The notes beneath the pieces are model-generated. The model saw only the letters and a list, made by a program, of their open reading frames with translations, did no database searches and was not told the DNA's origin. The translations under genes were made by a program, and so were the position numbers. From contig OZ244960.1 in the NCBI GenBank assembly GCA_965222605.1, positions 5,408,001-5,472,000 on the forward strand: 64,000 nucleotides of DNA, in the 5' to 3' direction. Shown here one piece after another: positions 50,958 to 61,189 of the stretch. The stretch is from Candidatus Latescibacterota bacterium (lineage in GTDB: Bacteria > Latescibacterota > UBA2968). Within the stretch, counting starts at the first letter, position 1; each line of letters starts with the position of its first letter.

Positions 50958-52010
50958 ATGTACTTTCTTGTATTCGAGACGGATTTCCATCGACAGCGGA
51001 AGTACACCGAGGAAGGCTGTGCGCTCCTTGAGACTCAGAGCGAAGTCGAAATCGTCCGCCAGATTGACCAACAGGACAAGGAAGCATTCACGCGATTCCT
51101 CGAGCGCGTTCCCGTTGCCGATGGCATTGTGATAGGCCCCTGGCACCGTCCTGCAACCACCCCTCAAGACTGGCAATCTGCTGAGCGGCTGAAGGTTTTG
51201 GCGGGGACGTTTGACAATCGCTTCGATGGTTGGGTTGACATACAGGAGTTGGCAGATCGCGACATTCCGCTTATTGATACTTCGCGCGGCATGACGCCAT
51301 CGGTTGCCGAGTTTGCGCTGGCCATGACACTCAATCTTATCCGCGATATCCCAGAATCGCTCTACCTCGCACGCCAGGGCAAATGGAAGTCTCACGCGTG
51401 GGACAAGCCAGGCTTTGTCCATGGTGACCTGACAGGCAGGCGTGTGGGACTCGCCGGATTCGGCAGCATCAACCGGCGTTACGCCGAACTGATTGCGCCA
51501 TTCAAGTGCACCACGAGAAGCTACGACCCCTATGTCGCAGATGCCACACTTGCAGCACACGGTGTCGAGCGTGCCCGATCACTTGAGGAACTGGCTGCGT
51601 TCAGCGAAGTCTTCGTCGTCGGCCTTCCTCCGACGCCAACAACCCAGCAGATTATCAGCAGAGAAGTTATCAACGCCTTGCCACGGGGTGCTTTGTTTGT
51701 GCTTGTCACGCGCATGGCAGTGGTTGAGCAGGACGCGCTGTGGGAACGCATTAAGGCCGAAGAGATTGCTGCGGCGATTGATGTGTTCGCACCTGAACCT
51801 CCGCCACCAGATATCTGGTTTCGTCAGCATTCCAATGTGCTGGCAACCCCTCACATCGCAGGTGGCACGGATTTCTGCCATCGACGTTGTTTCACCGATG
51901 CGTGCAAGGATGCGATTGCGGTACTAACGGGTAATGAGCCACGCTTCCGCGCGACCCTGTGGGATGATGCCTGCTATCAGGGGAGACTCGACCAGGAGGG
52001 CGTCTCATGA
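50958..52010 (+). CDS. D-2-hydroxyacid dehydrogenase family
   Basis: SVAEFAL, GLAGFGSI, YDPY, DVFAPEP, TPHIAG. Confidence 0.9.
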   Translation: MYFLVFETDFHRQRKYTEEGCALLETQSEVEIVRQIDQQDKEAFTRFLERVPVADGIVIGPWHRPATTPQDWQSAERLKVLAGTFDNRFDGWVDIQELADRDIPLIDTSRGMTPSVAEFALAMTLNLIRDIPESLYLARQGKWKSHAWDKPGFVHGDLTGRRVGLAGFGSINRRYAELIAPFKCTTRSYDPYVADATLAAHGVERARSLEELAAFSEVFVVGLPPTPTTQQIISREVINALPRGALFVLVTRMAVVEQDALWERIKAEEIAAAIDVFAPEPPPPDIWFRQHSNVLATPHIAGGTDFCHRRCFTDACKDAIAVLTGNEPRFRATLWDDACYQGRLDQEGVS

Positions 52011-52077
52011 CGGTCGGACTCAGGGATAAATAAAATATAATCTCCAGAGATTAATCCTGCTGTAAAGGAGAGTAGCT

Positions 52078-52974
52078 ATGAGGCCGCTACGAGAGATCAG
52101 TATGTCATCAAACATTCACTTTGCTATGGGCGGCGCCATTTTCGGAGCCTTCACGACTGAATCCGCGGAGCTGATTGCTAAGCACGGTCTGCCGGGTGTC
52201 GAACCTTACCGCAGTGGCCTGACCGCCTGGCTCGACGACCCGCAAACTCTGAAGGCCCTCCTCGACGAGTACGGTTTACGGCTCATTACCGCTTCGAACG
52301 GCGGGCCCGGTCAGTCGATGGCGTTCATCGATCGGTCAAAGCGTCGTGAAACAATCGCCGACCATGTCGCCTTCTGCCGCGATTTCCTGAAGATCTTCGG
52401 CTGCACGCACTTCAAGATCAACATGGGTAGCCGCCCGCAGAACGGAACAACCGCGGATGACATCAAAGCGATCTCGGAAACTGTGTCAGAACTCGGCAAG
52501 CGAACGCTTGAGATGGGTGTGACGATCGCTCCACACCCGCATATCTGGGGGCCGATCGAGCGGCCGGAGGAAGTTCGCGCCCTTCTTGATCAGACCGACC
52601 CAGATATCGTGTCCTGGATTCCCGACACCGCACAGCTCAACCTCGGAGGAGGCGATCCCGTTCAGCTCATCGACGATTATTACGACCGACTGGCCGCCGT
52701 CCACTGGAAGGATTCGAAGGCGTCGTATCGCGGTTATACTGGCCCGACACCGACGAAGGAGATGCACGCGGAGGAAATTCTGTACAAAGATCTGGGATCC
52801 GGCGGCGTCGACCACCCTGCGATTTGGGCCATGCTGAATGAGCGAGGCTACGACGGATGGATCACGCTCGATCTCGATCCCCCGCGTCCAAACGAAGGCG
52901 AAGGTTCAGTTGACGACAAAATTGAGATCAACTGTAGGTATCTGATGGAAACATTGAAAGTTTCCCGCCTTTAG
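52078..52974 (+). CDS. IolE-like TIM-barrel sugar dehydratase/isomerase
   Basis: HPHIW, PDTAQ, HWKD, LGSGGVD, GYDGWIT. Confidence 0.82.
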   Translation: MRPLREISMSSNIHFAMGGAIFGAFTTESAELIAKHGLPGVEPYRSGLTAWLDDPQTLKALLDEYGLRLITASNGGPGQSMAFIDRSKRRETIADHVAFCRDFLKIFGCTHFKINMGSRPQNGTTADDIKAISETVSELGKRTLEMGVTIAPHPHIWGPIERPEEVRALLDQTDPDIVSWIPDTAQLNLGGGDPVQLIDDYYDRLAAVHWKDSKASYRGYTGPTPTKEMHAEEILYKDLGSGGVDHPAIWAMLNERGYDGWITLDLDPPRPNEGEGSVDDKIEINCRYLMETLKVSRL

Positions 52975-53498
52975 TGTGTCAACCCCGACAGGGTTGAAGA
53001 ACATGGTCTGACTTTATCGAGGAAGAAAACAGGTTTACCGTGCGGCTTTGGAAGGAGCCAGAAGATACGCCAGCGCAGCTTGGAAGCCAGTGACTAAGCC
53101 TATACAGTCCCCGTAGTTTGCTCTAAACTTCTCCTTTTCCTTTCGATCTCTCTTTCTACAATATCGCGTAAATCATGGTGTTCCAGAGCATTTGATCTAA
53201 AACCACAACGTGGGCAGGAGGGCAATGCCCATGAATCAAATGTTACTACGTACGGGTTTCGGTCTTTCGTTAATTCGTAATCACACTTCGGACAAAAGCA
53301 TTGAAGATTATATATTGAATCTTTAGACTCTTTCCATCTAAATTTAAGACCTGAGATCACACCTTCTTTTTTTCTATATTTATCCCTACTGTTTTTGTTA
53401 TATATAGTCTTAATTACAATAAATACCCCCACAAATGCAGGGATTCCGATAATTAGCCATAACCATCCATATAAAGAAAAAGAATGATTAGATAAAAG

Positions 53499-55062
53499 GT
53501 AACTATTTAGGTATGTGAGTAATCAAGGGTATAGTTGTGTTCTTTCAAGACCAGTGCAAGTTCTTTCAAGACAGGGATGCGCTGTTTTCTCAAGGTTGAG
53601 AGGAAGGCTTGGAGGCGTGCATATCTCTTGGCCCCTGCCAAGGTGCGAAAGCATGTGGCGACTTTCTGTTTGACTTTTGCCGGGCGCAAGTCTCGTTCGG
53701 CTTGATTATTGGTGAACGGGACAGCATGGTGAAAGGCAAAGGCCAATACCGCGTCTTGATGTGTGATGAGCCGTTGGAGTAAGTTATAGGCACGACTACC
53801 TTTTGCCCGTCCCTTCTTGCCAGTCTTCTTGACAGGTGGCGGTTCCTTCTTTTGGGCATAAAGGAGCAGACGTTGATAGATTTGGCGGGCTTTGGGCTGC
53901 TTCGCTTCGGGCAGATTGGTTGTGCCTTGCACACTCATGCGATAAAGGGCTAAGAGGAAGCGGTGCATGTGCTTGGCCCATCGGCTCCCATTCTCATAGG
54001 CATCGGTGAGTTCGCGCAGGAGATGTGCACCGCAAAGACTATGGCGACAAGGCCAAGAGGTGAAATAGCTCGCATAGCTATCGTGGACGGCCCAACCGGG
54101 GAAGGTGTTAAGCACCGAATCGGCTCCTTGCAACGCCTCACGTCCCCGTTTTTGATGCACGAACAAATGTGTCTCGTGTCCTGTGCTTGAGACATGCAGC
54201 CAGTGCAGGCGGCCTGCTACCCTCAGTCCGGTCTCATCAAAATGCGCCACCGGACTTGCCATCAGCCGTTTCTTAATCACCGATTCGGTCTTTTCTAAGC
54301 CCCGATAGGCCAAGTCCAAGGCATCCTGTTGCGTGCTTTCATTGATGCCATGCCCAAACAGGTCTTCAAACAGATGCTTGATTTTCTTGAACGGAAGCCG
54401 ATAGTCCACATTGAGCAGACAGGATAAGGCACGAACACGCGACCCATATTGCACCGGCGCAGAGATAGGAGGTGGAAAGCGAGAAGTGTGATAGGCGCCA
54501 CAGCGCGAACAAGAACACCCAAAGGTCTGATATTCGGTCACCACCATACGAGGCTCTGGCAGATCAAAGCATTGGCGACGCGCAAGCAGACTTTGGGCAG
54601 CGGTGGACAAATCCTGACCGCAAGAACACTTTTCAACCCGCAGGGGAACCACCACATCCGGGGTCTCAACCTGCGACAACGTTTGACCCTTATGACCGCG
54701 CAGACCACCGCGCCGACGCTTCTGACTCGACTTGGGAAAGGCTGGCTTTTTGCGATATCCCTCGCTGGATGGGGGACGATGGCTATTCTGGCTATCTTGA
54801 CCTACTTGCCGCTTGAGGCGGGCATTTTCTTCGCGTAATTGCACGTTCTCTTCGCGTAATTGCTCAGTCTCAAGACTTAAGCACTCATGCCCTGCTTCCA
54901 AGTGCTCAATGCGACTTAATAACTCATCTATGAGGTGATGAAGGCCAACAATATCTTCTGGACGACGCAATTCCACATCCTTTCATTAAACAAAACATAA
55001 ATCACTCACTCAGACATAGGATAGACTTTTATAACCCTAAACGCAACAACCTAAATAGTTAC
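53499..55062 (-). mobile_element. IS66-family element (single-ORF, ISBst12-like)
   Basis: 14-bp perfect TIR GTAACTATTTAGGT; 8-bp target duplication GATAAAAG at 53491-53498 and 55063-55070. Confidence 0.95.
53507..54976 (-). CDS. IS66 transposase
   Basis: NSHRPPSS, HFDETG, CGAHLLREL, FTNNQAERDLR. Confidence 0.95.
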   Translation of the reverse strand: MELRRPEDIVGLHHLIDELLSRIEHLEAGHECLSLETEQLREENVQLREENARLKRQVGQDSQNSHRPPSSEGYRKKPAFPKSSQKRRRGGLRGHKGQTLSQVETPDVVVPLRVEKCSCGQDLSTAAQSLLARRQCFDLPEPRMVVTEYQTFGCSCSRCGAYHTSRFPPPISAPVQYGSRVRALSCLLNVDYRLPFKKIKHLFEDLFGHGINESTQQDALDLAYRGLEKTESVIKKRLMASPVAHFDETGLRVAGRLHWLHVSSTGHETHLFVHQKRGREALQGADSVLNTFPGWAVHDSYASYFTSWPCRHSLCGAHLLRELTDAYENGSRWAKHMHRFLLALYRMSVQGTTNLPEAKQPKARQIYQRLLLYAQKKEPPPVKKTGKKGRAKGSRAYNLLQRLITHQDAVLAFAFHHAVPFTNNQAERDLRPAKVKQKVATCFRTLAGAKRYARLQAFLSTLRKQRIPVLKELALVLKEHNYTLDYSHT

Positions 55063-55293
55063 GATAAAAGGAAATACCAAACCCATGAATTTAAGTCTAA
55101 AACAGGATTTAGGACGGCAAGGATTCCTTCAAATTTATCAACAAATCTCAATACCAATCCAGACAAGATCCCCGATATTGTCGATAATGCAACCACTACA
55201 AATTTTGATTTATTCGTCATCGTGATTGCCAATCCTCCGACCTTGTATGGATCTGTAACCCAAAATTTGAACCAGTTAGGAGGCTAATTCACG

Positions 55294-56196
55294 CTAAGGA
55301 TCAGCCGTGATATTTCTCATAAGAATGGCCTGCACCACTTCTTGTGGCGTCTGGTAGCTCAGGGCAGAATGCCGTCGGCCCTGATTGTAATACGTCATTT
55401 GCTTCTGTGTCACACAGATAAGTTCTGTCAAAGATTCTGCTTGTATAATCAAACTATGGTTTTCGGTCTTAAAACGTCCCCAAAAGGACTCAATCCACGG
55501 ATTATCTTTTGCCCCATTCATCGCAAAAGAAATCCGGGCACCTTCTTCAATCAACACACGATGTAACCAGTCGTATGAGGTGTAAACCGAATCGCGGTCG
55601 TGATGGATGAGGATGTCCGAAAGCCTCCTGTCCAAAAGAGCCAGGTTATTTTGCAACTGATCCAAACAATAAATCGCCAGCGCACGATTGCGATGTGCCC
55701 CCACGCCAAAGCCTGCGATCCATCTGGTGCGGATGTCTAAAAAGGCCATCAACCACGCTTTTTTCTGACCCTGACAATAGAGCAATTCTGTAAAGTCGGT
55801 GCAAAATACACACAGCGGATCAACGGTGCGGTTCTGAACTAAATTAGCGTCTTGTCCGACTTGGCTTATCAGCTTCAATACCGGATTCTTGCCACGTTTT
55901 GGCAGATGACGCGGTAAGTTCAACTCATAAGTTGACAATATCTTACGCAACCGCTTATGATTGACCACGATGCCGGTACGGGCTTTTATATCTTCCTTGA
56001 TGCGGCGATACCCATAATCGGGATGATGCCTGATCGTGGTGACGATCTCATCCTTGATCTGCTCATCTACTTGTGAACAAGAGGCCCGACCGCGACGATA
56101 ATGAAGCGTCCCTTTGGACAAGCCTAAGGCACGGCAGCACATATTTAGACCATATTTGTCCTTATGCTTTTCGGCCAGTTCTACTTTGTCAGACAC
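55294..56196 (-). CDS. IS3 transposase OrfB (DDE)
   Basis: YGYRRI, TDFT, HHDRDSVY, NPWIESFWGRFKTE, YYNQGRRHSAL. Confidence 0.92.
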   Translation of the reverse strand: MSDKVELAEKHKDKYGLNMCCRALGLSKGTLHYRRGRASCSQVDEQIKDEIVTTIRHHPDYGYRRIKEDIKARTGIVVNHKRLRKILSTYELNLPRHLPKRGKNPVLKLISQVGQDANLVQNRTVDPLCVFCTDFTELLYCQGQKKAWLMAFLDIRTRWIAGFGVGAHRNRALAIYCLDQLQNNLALLDRRLSDILIHHDRDSVYTSYDWLHRVLIEEGARISFAMNGAKDNPWIESFWGRFKTENHSLIIQAESLTELICVTQKQMTYYNQGRRHSALSYQTPQEVVQAILMRNITADP

Positions 56197-56198
56197 GC

Positions 56199-56483
56199 TT
56201 AACGGTTGCCTAAAAAAATTTTGAGCAAGGCCAGTTCTACTTCTTTCTGACCCAGCAGGCGCTCCAGTTCAGAAAGACGTGACTCATACGTTTTGACCGT
56301 ATCATTACCTGAGAAAATCTCGGCACCGCTGTCTATAAACTGACGTTTCCATTTTGACAGACTCACCGGATGCACATCGTAAGCGCGAGCGACTTCTGCG
56401 TCCCCTTTATCCGAGGTCAGTGCTTCTAACACGACCTGGAATTTGAGTTTAGCGGAATAGGACTTCTTGGATCTCTTCGACAT
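56199..56483 (-). CDS. IS3 transposase OrfA (HTH)
   Basis: YSAKLKFQVVLE, VARAYDVHP..LSKWK, leucine-zipper-like end. Confidence 0.9.
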   Translation of the reverse strand: MSKRSKKSYSAKLKFQVVLEALTSDKGDAEVARAYDVHPVSLSKWKRQFIDSGAEIFSGNDTVKTYESRLSELERLLGQKEVELALLKIFLGNR

Positions 56484-56903
56484 GGTATCTCCTCCTGTTG
56501 GTGAGAAAATACCACGCTGATACCCAATGTCAAGCGGTGTAAAACGGGGCGATGTCCAGCCCCGTTGATTAGCCTTTATACCGGTTCAACTATTGGGGCG
56601 CACCTCAAGACGACCGATCGGAAGCGGTTCAAATAGTACTCTCATGCCTTTCATTATCATACCTTTGGTTTAACTTATACAATACCTGATAAACTCCAGG
56701 AGCTCTTTTTTATTTCACATATCTACGTTATTCACGCACCTGTTCGGTTATAACATCAATATAATAGTATAATGTGAAAGTGTGCAATGCGTTTTCGGGT
56801 GGAGAATTTGTGAATAGATTTAGGCAGAGTCACTCTTTTTGGATTCCCCTCTTTGATACATTTTGAGGGGCTTAAATTTTGAGTATAATAATCTTTATAT
56901 TCA

Positions 56904-57010
56904 AAAATGACCTTGAAAACCCCTATTTTTTCGAGTAAATTGCAAATAGGCATTTATCGTTATATTCAAAAAGTGGAGGGGCGAATCGCCCGTTTTGACA
57001 GCGCGTTTAT
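56904..57010 (+). promoter_or_regulatory. Putative toxin-antitoxin promoter/operator, duplicated at 63175-63280
   Basis: Both copies keep the palindrome GGGCGA-W-TCGCCC (56979-56991, 63250-63262) downstream of TTGCAA...TATAT. Confidence 0.5.
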
Positions 57011-57024
57011 GGAGACACGACGCA

Positions 57025-57294
57025 ATGAAGAGAACATTGACCATTGATTACGGTGACGAAGTCCTGCTGGCTCTCGGATATACACCCAAGCAGTTCAGCG
57101 AAGAGGCCAAGCTCCTCATCGCCGTCAAGCTCTACGAATTGGGCCGTTTGTCCTCGGGAGGGGCAGCCAAGCTGGCTGGCATTCCCAAGCCCTTATTTCT
57201 GACAAAACTCGCCGAATATGGCGTTGATACTTTCCAACTGACCGAGGACGACCTCCAACAGGACTTAGACAGTGCCCGTCGTCTTGCGAACTAA
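57025..57294 (+). CDS. UPF0175 family antitoxin
   Basis: IAVKLYELGRLSSGGAAKLAGI..FL..L..YGV signature. Confidence 0.85.
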   Translation: MKRTLTIDYGDEVLLALGYTPKQFSEEAKLLIAVKLYELGRLSSGGAAKLAGIPKPLFLTKLAEYGVDTFQLTEDDLQQDLDSARRLAN

Positions 57295-57355
57295 AGAGCA
57301 CGGCATTCTCGACGCGATTCAGCCCGTTTTGGATCGTCTTCGAGCACTGCGGTGC
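57272..57355 (+). pseudogene. DUF3368 (PIN-like) toxin remnant
   Basis: VLRTKEHGILDAIQPVLDRLRAL resembles the DUF3368 C-terminus; the PIN core is absent. Confidence 0.55.
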
Positions 57356-57412
57356 CGGCTGAACACGCGGTGGAGGCGAAATCTTTAGCCAAAAGTAGGA
57401 AATGCTTAGTGT

Positions 57413-57751
57413 ATGAATGCGAAAGAACAAAAAATAACAGAATCGCTTTTGGATGAGATCGCAAACAAAATTGTCGAACACTTTCATCCAGATCAGATTA
57501 TCCTCTTCGGCTCTTATGCTTATGGCGAGCCAAAGACCGATAGCGATTTAGATTTGCTCGTCATTATGGATACAGATTTGCGTCCAACAGCGCGAAGTGC
57601 CGCAATTGCTCGCATTTGTCGTCCCAAATACGTTGCGATGGATATTGTCGTGCGTACACCTGAAGAAATTCAAACCCATCTGCAAAACTTTGATCCATTT
57701 CTCGAGGAAATTTTCAAACTTGGACGCACCCTCTACAAATCCGCCGGGTGA
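57413..57751 (+). CDS. Minimal nucleotidyltransferase (MNT) antitoxin
   Basis: LFGSYAYG...DSDLDLLV GSx10DxD motif. Confidence 0.9.
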   Translation: MNAKEQKITESLLDEIANKIVEHFHPDQIILFGSYAYGEPKTDSDLDLLVIMDTDLRPTARSAAIARICRPKYVAMDIVVRTPEEIQTHLQNFDPFLEEIFKLGRTLYKSAG

Positions 57752-58130
57752 TATACAAGCGTGGGTCTATAAAGCAGAAGAAGACTTTCGCACTGCCACG
57801 ACAATGGTTCGGAAACGCAAAGAACCTGTTCCCGACAATGTGTGTTTTTGCGCGCAGCAGTGTATAGAAAAGTATCTCAAAGCCTTTCTGGTCCTTCATC
57901 GCATTCATTTTCCAAGAATTCACGATCTTTTGGCACTGTTAGATTTCGCTGTAGATATTGATACTGAACTTGAGATACTTCGAGATGATCTGAACTTCCT
58001 GTCCCCATTTGCCGTTGAATTTCGCTATCCTGGGGAAAATGCCACTGTTGAAGAGTCAAAAGAGGCGGTTAAAGTTATGCGGCGTGTTCGACGCACTTTA
58101 AGGGCAAAATTGAAGCTCGAAGATGCATGA
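57720..58130 (+). CDS. HEPN domain protein
   Basis: W..KAEED, CFCAQQCIEKYLKA, HDL, RYPG; overlaps the MNT stop. Confidence 0.88.
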   Translation: MDAPSTNPPGDIQAWVYKAEEDFRTATTMVRKRKEPVPDNVCFCAQQCIEKYLKAFLVLHRIHFPRIHDLLALLDFAVDIDTELEILRDDLNFLSPFAVEFRYPGENATVEESKEAVKVMRRVRRTLRAKLKLEDA

Positions 58131-58222
58131 TGTCATAGCTTTCGTGGCATACACACTGGATTATCTGGTCACTTGGTATTGTGCCTATATTGCGAATGGC
58201 GCAATCATTCGTTCTGCGTCTT
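58130..58222 (+). pseudogene. PIN toxin C-terminal fragment
   Basis: LDYLVTWYCAYIANG resembles the DYLLTWNCxHIAN motif. Confidence 0.5.
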
Positions 58223-58320
58223 GACGACTCTGCTATCGTCGGTCAGAAGAGGTCTCGCCAGGCGTGGTGCCCGATTACAATATCGCTTTTGGATGAGATG
58301 GAAAGACAAAGGTGCATGAT

Positions 58321-59868
58321 ATGACCAAACGCAGATTGCCTATTGGTATTCAGACCTTCCGCGAAATCCGCGAGGAAAATTGCTACTATGTCGATAAAAC
58401 TGCCTACATGCAGCGGCTGATCGACGAAGGTAAGCACTACTTTTTATCGCGTCCACGGCACTTTGGCAAAAGCCTGTTTCTGGATACGCTGAAGGAACTG
58501 TTCGAGGGCAATGAACCGCTGTTCGAGGGGCTGTACATCCACGACCACTGGGACTGGTCTGTTCGCTATCCTGTCCTGCGCCTCGACTTCAGCAGCGGAA
58601 ACTATCAGGGGCCGGACGACTTGCGGAAGGAAGTGGCGGTGCAATTGGACGCCCTGGAGAACGAAGCAAAGGTCAGCCCGCGCGACGAAAACGCATCAGC
58701 TCGCTTGCGCCACTTGATGAAAGTTCTCCACGAGCGCAGTGGTCAGCGCGTTGTGCTACTGGTTGATGAAAATGACAAGCCGATCCTGGACGCGCTGGCG
58801 GTGCCCGAAGTCGCCCGGGCCAATCGCGACTTTTTGCACAGCCTGTACGCCACCACTAAAGACTGCGACGCACACATTCACTTCACCTTCCTCACGGGCG
58901 TCAGCCAATTCTCCAAAGCGAGCATCTTCTCTGGCCTCAACAACTTGACCAACATCACGCTGGATACGCGCTACTCGGCTATCTGTGGCTATACCGATGC
59001 GGACCTGGACACGGTGTTCGCGCCCGAGCTTCCCGGCCTGGATCGAGAAGAGATCCGCGACTGGTACAATGGCTATAGCTGGCGAGGAGAGGAGAAGGTC
59101 TATAACCCCTTCGATATTCTTCTGCTCTTCGACAGCCGCGAGTTCGGAGCCTACTGGTTCGAGACCGGCACGCCGACATTCCTCATCGAAACGCTGTTCA
59201 ATCGCCGTGTCAGTTCCCTCGAACTCGACGAGATGATCGGCAGTAGCGATTTGCTATCGACCTTTGATGTGGATGAAATCGCGACCGAGGCCCTGTTGTT
59301 TCAAACCGGGTACCTGACCATTACTGGTGAAGAGAACCTGGGCGGCAAGTCCTTCTATCGTCTGGGCTATCCCAACCGTGAGGTGCGCCAAAGTCTCAAC
59401 GAGAGCCTATTGGACTATCTGGTGAAAGACTCAACGCGTCTTATGGCGAACAGCGTTCAACTCTATCGTCTGCTCGAAGCCAACGACTTCGCCGGTCTCG
59501 AGATCTTATTCCACGCCTTTTTTGCCAGTATTCCTTATGAGTGGTACACCAACAACGACATCGCCAATTTTGAGGGCTACTATGCCAGCGTGTTCTATTC
59601 CTATTTCGCGGGACTGGGACTCAATATTACGGTTGAGGACAGCAGCAGCCATGGACGTGTGGATATGACTGTGTACTTCAACGATAACATCTACCTGTTC
59701 GAGTTCAAAGTGGTAGAGTTGGCGTCTGAGGGAGCTGCGATGGCGCAATTGCAGGAAAAGGGATACGCAGACAAATACCGGGGCCTGGACCAGCCTATTC
59801 ACCTGATCGGGGTAGAGTTTAGCAAGGATACCCGCAATATAACGGCCTTCGAGGTGGCAGGTGCGTGA
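58321..59868 (+). CDS. AAA-ATPase-like domain plus PD-(D/E)xK nuclease (DUF1703 type)
   Basis: LPIGIQTF, YYVDKT, RPRHFGKS, DENDKP, YWFETGTP, GRVD...FEFK...Q..EKGY. Confidence 0.92.
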   Translation: MTKRRLPIGIQTFREIREENCYYVDKTAYMQRLIDEGKHYFLSRPRHFGKSLFLDTLKELFEGNEPLFEGLYIHDHWDWSVRYPVLRLDFSSGNYQGPDDLRKEVAVQLDALENEAKVSPRDENASARLRHLMKVLHERSGQRVVLLVDENDKPILDALAVPEVARANRDFLHSLYATTKDCDAHIHFTFLTGVSQFSKASIFSGLNNLTNITLDTRYSAICGYTDADLDTVFAPELPGLDREEIRDWYNGYSWRGEEKVYNPFDILLLFDSREFGAYWFETGTPTFLIETLFNRRVSSLELDEMIGSSDLLSTFDVDEIATEALLFQTGYLTITGEENLGGKSFYRLGYPNREVRQSLNESLLDYLVKDSTRLMANSVQLYRLLEANDFAGLEILFHAFFASIPYEWYTNNDIANFEGYYASVFYSYFAGLGLNITVEDSSSHGRVDMTVYFNDNIYLFEFKVVELASEGAAMAQLQEKGYADKYRGLDQPIHLIGVEFSKDTRNITAFEVAGA

Positions 59869-59871
59869 GGG

Positions 59872-60126
59872 GTGAGAAATGCGGATGGAAGCGCGTATTA
59901 TCAATGGATAGAGCTGTGTGAGCAAGCAGGTGTCAAATGCGAAATTCACCAGCTTCGGCACACAGCCGCGACGGAGCTGGTGAACAGTGGCGTGGGTGTT
60001 GGCACAGTGCGCTGGCTACTGGGTCATCGCAATTTGCAGACAACTCAGCGATATGCGAATCTATCCACTGAGACTGTCCGGCAGGAGCTGGATACCTTCG
60101 CGCGTAGAAAAACGCGGACCCGGTGA
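59872..60126 (+). pseudogene. Tyrosine recombinase C-terminal fragment
   Basis: HQLRHTAAT, LLGH, TTQRY; N-terminal part absent. Second copy at 60760-60899. Confidence 0.8.
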
Positions 60127-60459
60127 TCGCGAATGGACTTCTGAGCAGTAATAAAACGCTTTGTAGATGCATTAATAGGCAGGCGTTGCATGTAAACCGG
60201 ATGTGTTGGTGGCACAGTGGGGATCCTATTTAACAACAGATAAGGTCCCCACCGAATCTCGTCTTCAGCAATCGCACACCAATGTAGTTTTGCGTCCTTA
60301 TCAGATTTTAGCAAGGTTTTCAAAAAGCAGTATGGAGATAATCCAACCAAATATCACAGAAAATGGAAACTGGGACAAATTTTGAACTTTAGGACAAATT
60401 TTTGGGGTTGACATCACGAGGCATTATAGAATATTAAAAAGTGGAGTTACCCCGTTTTG

Positions 60460-61189
60460 GATGCTGTTGCCGAATTCCGAATACTGTTCTCAGTGCAACT
60501 AAACATAGGGCTTGCAGAGTCTGTATTCAGGCCACAAACAGCCATCTTTTTAACCGCAGGTCCCTCTTGACCAATGGAGAACTATGAAACGCGATCCTAT
60601 TGTCGAAGAAATTCACCAGACGAGACAGAAACTCCTAAAAGAGTGCGGCGGCGACCTCAACCAGTTAATGGACCGCTTAAAAGCCGCTGAAGTACAAGAC
60701 CGAAGTCGTGTGGTCAGCACCATCTCTGTCCGCAAAACTTCATACTCATAACGACAGTCAGCAGGCGTCAAATGCGGGATCCATCAGCTTCGGCACACGA
60801 CCGCGACGGAGCTGGTGAACAGTGGCGTGGGCACGGTGCGCCAGCTACTCGGTCATCGCAATTTGCAGACCACGCAGCACTATGCGAAACTATCCACTGG
60901 AGCGGGGTACAATTACGCAAGTAGTTCAACCGTCCTGCATGAACCGGATGCCGACGTGGAAAGAGGTCAGAAAATTGGGCATTGTCATAAATGGAGCCTA
61001 ACTCATCGCGCATCTTCATATAGATATTGCCTTTGGGAAAGGCAGCTTGGGCAATACGAACGGTCTCTTTGGGCACGGGTTCAATTGGATCTTTGGATAG
61101 GGACATGGATTACCTCGGTAAAAGGGAAGAGGTACACGGAACCAGAAACCCTACATGATATGGTCATTATTTAATTCGGCAACAGCATC
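60460..61189 (-). mobile_element. IS1182-like non-autonomous element carrying cargo
   Basis: 17-bp TIR GATGCTGTTGCCGAATT; 6-bp target duplication GTTTTG; transposase 5' stub MSLSKDPIEPVPKETVRIAQAAFPKGNIYMKMRDELG at 60950-61106 (-). Confidence 0.85.
60584..60751 (+). CDS. Small antitoxin-like protein (55 aa)
   Basis: GGAG RBS; MKRDPIVEEIHQTRQKLLKECGGDL, a type usually found next to PIN toxins; below the ORF-track cutoff. Confidence 0.55.
   Translation: MKRDPIVEEIHQTRQKLLKECGGDLNQLMDRLKAAEVQDRSRVVSTISVRKTSYS

Larger units (their letters stand above)
53100..55220 (-). pseudogene. Membrane protein with Zn-ribbon-like CxxC pairs, split by IS66
   Basis: Removing the IS and one target copy restores one frame: MTNKSKFVVV...WYFLLS|NHSFSLYGWLW...CPKC...CPRC. 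Confidence 0.75.
55248..56607 (-). mobile_element. IS3-family element
   Basis: orfA plus orfB; imperfect IRs of about 27 bp (ggatctgtaacccaaaatttgaaccag / tgaggtgcgccccaatagttgaaccgg); no clear target duplication. Confidence 0.85.

Noticed and set aside
59872-60126. Integron integrase serving the attC-like sites
   Set aside because: Only a short C-terminal tyrosine-recombinase fragment with no visible IntI-specific insertion, about 30 kb from the sites; it cannot be functional.
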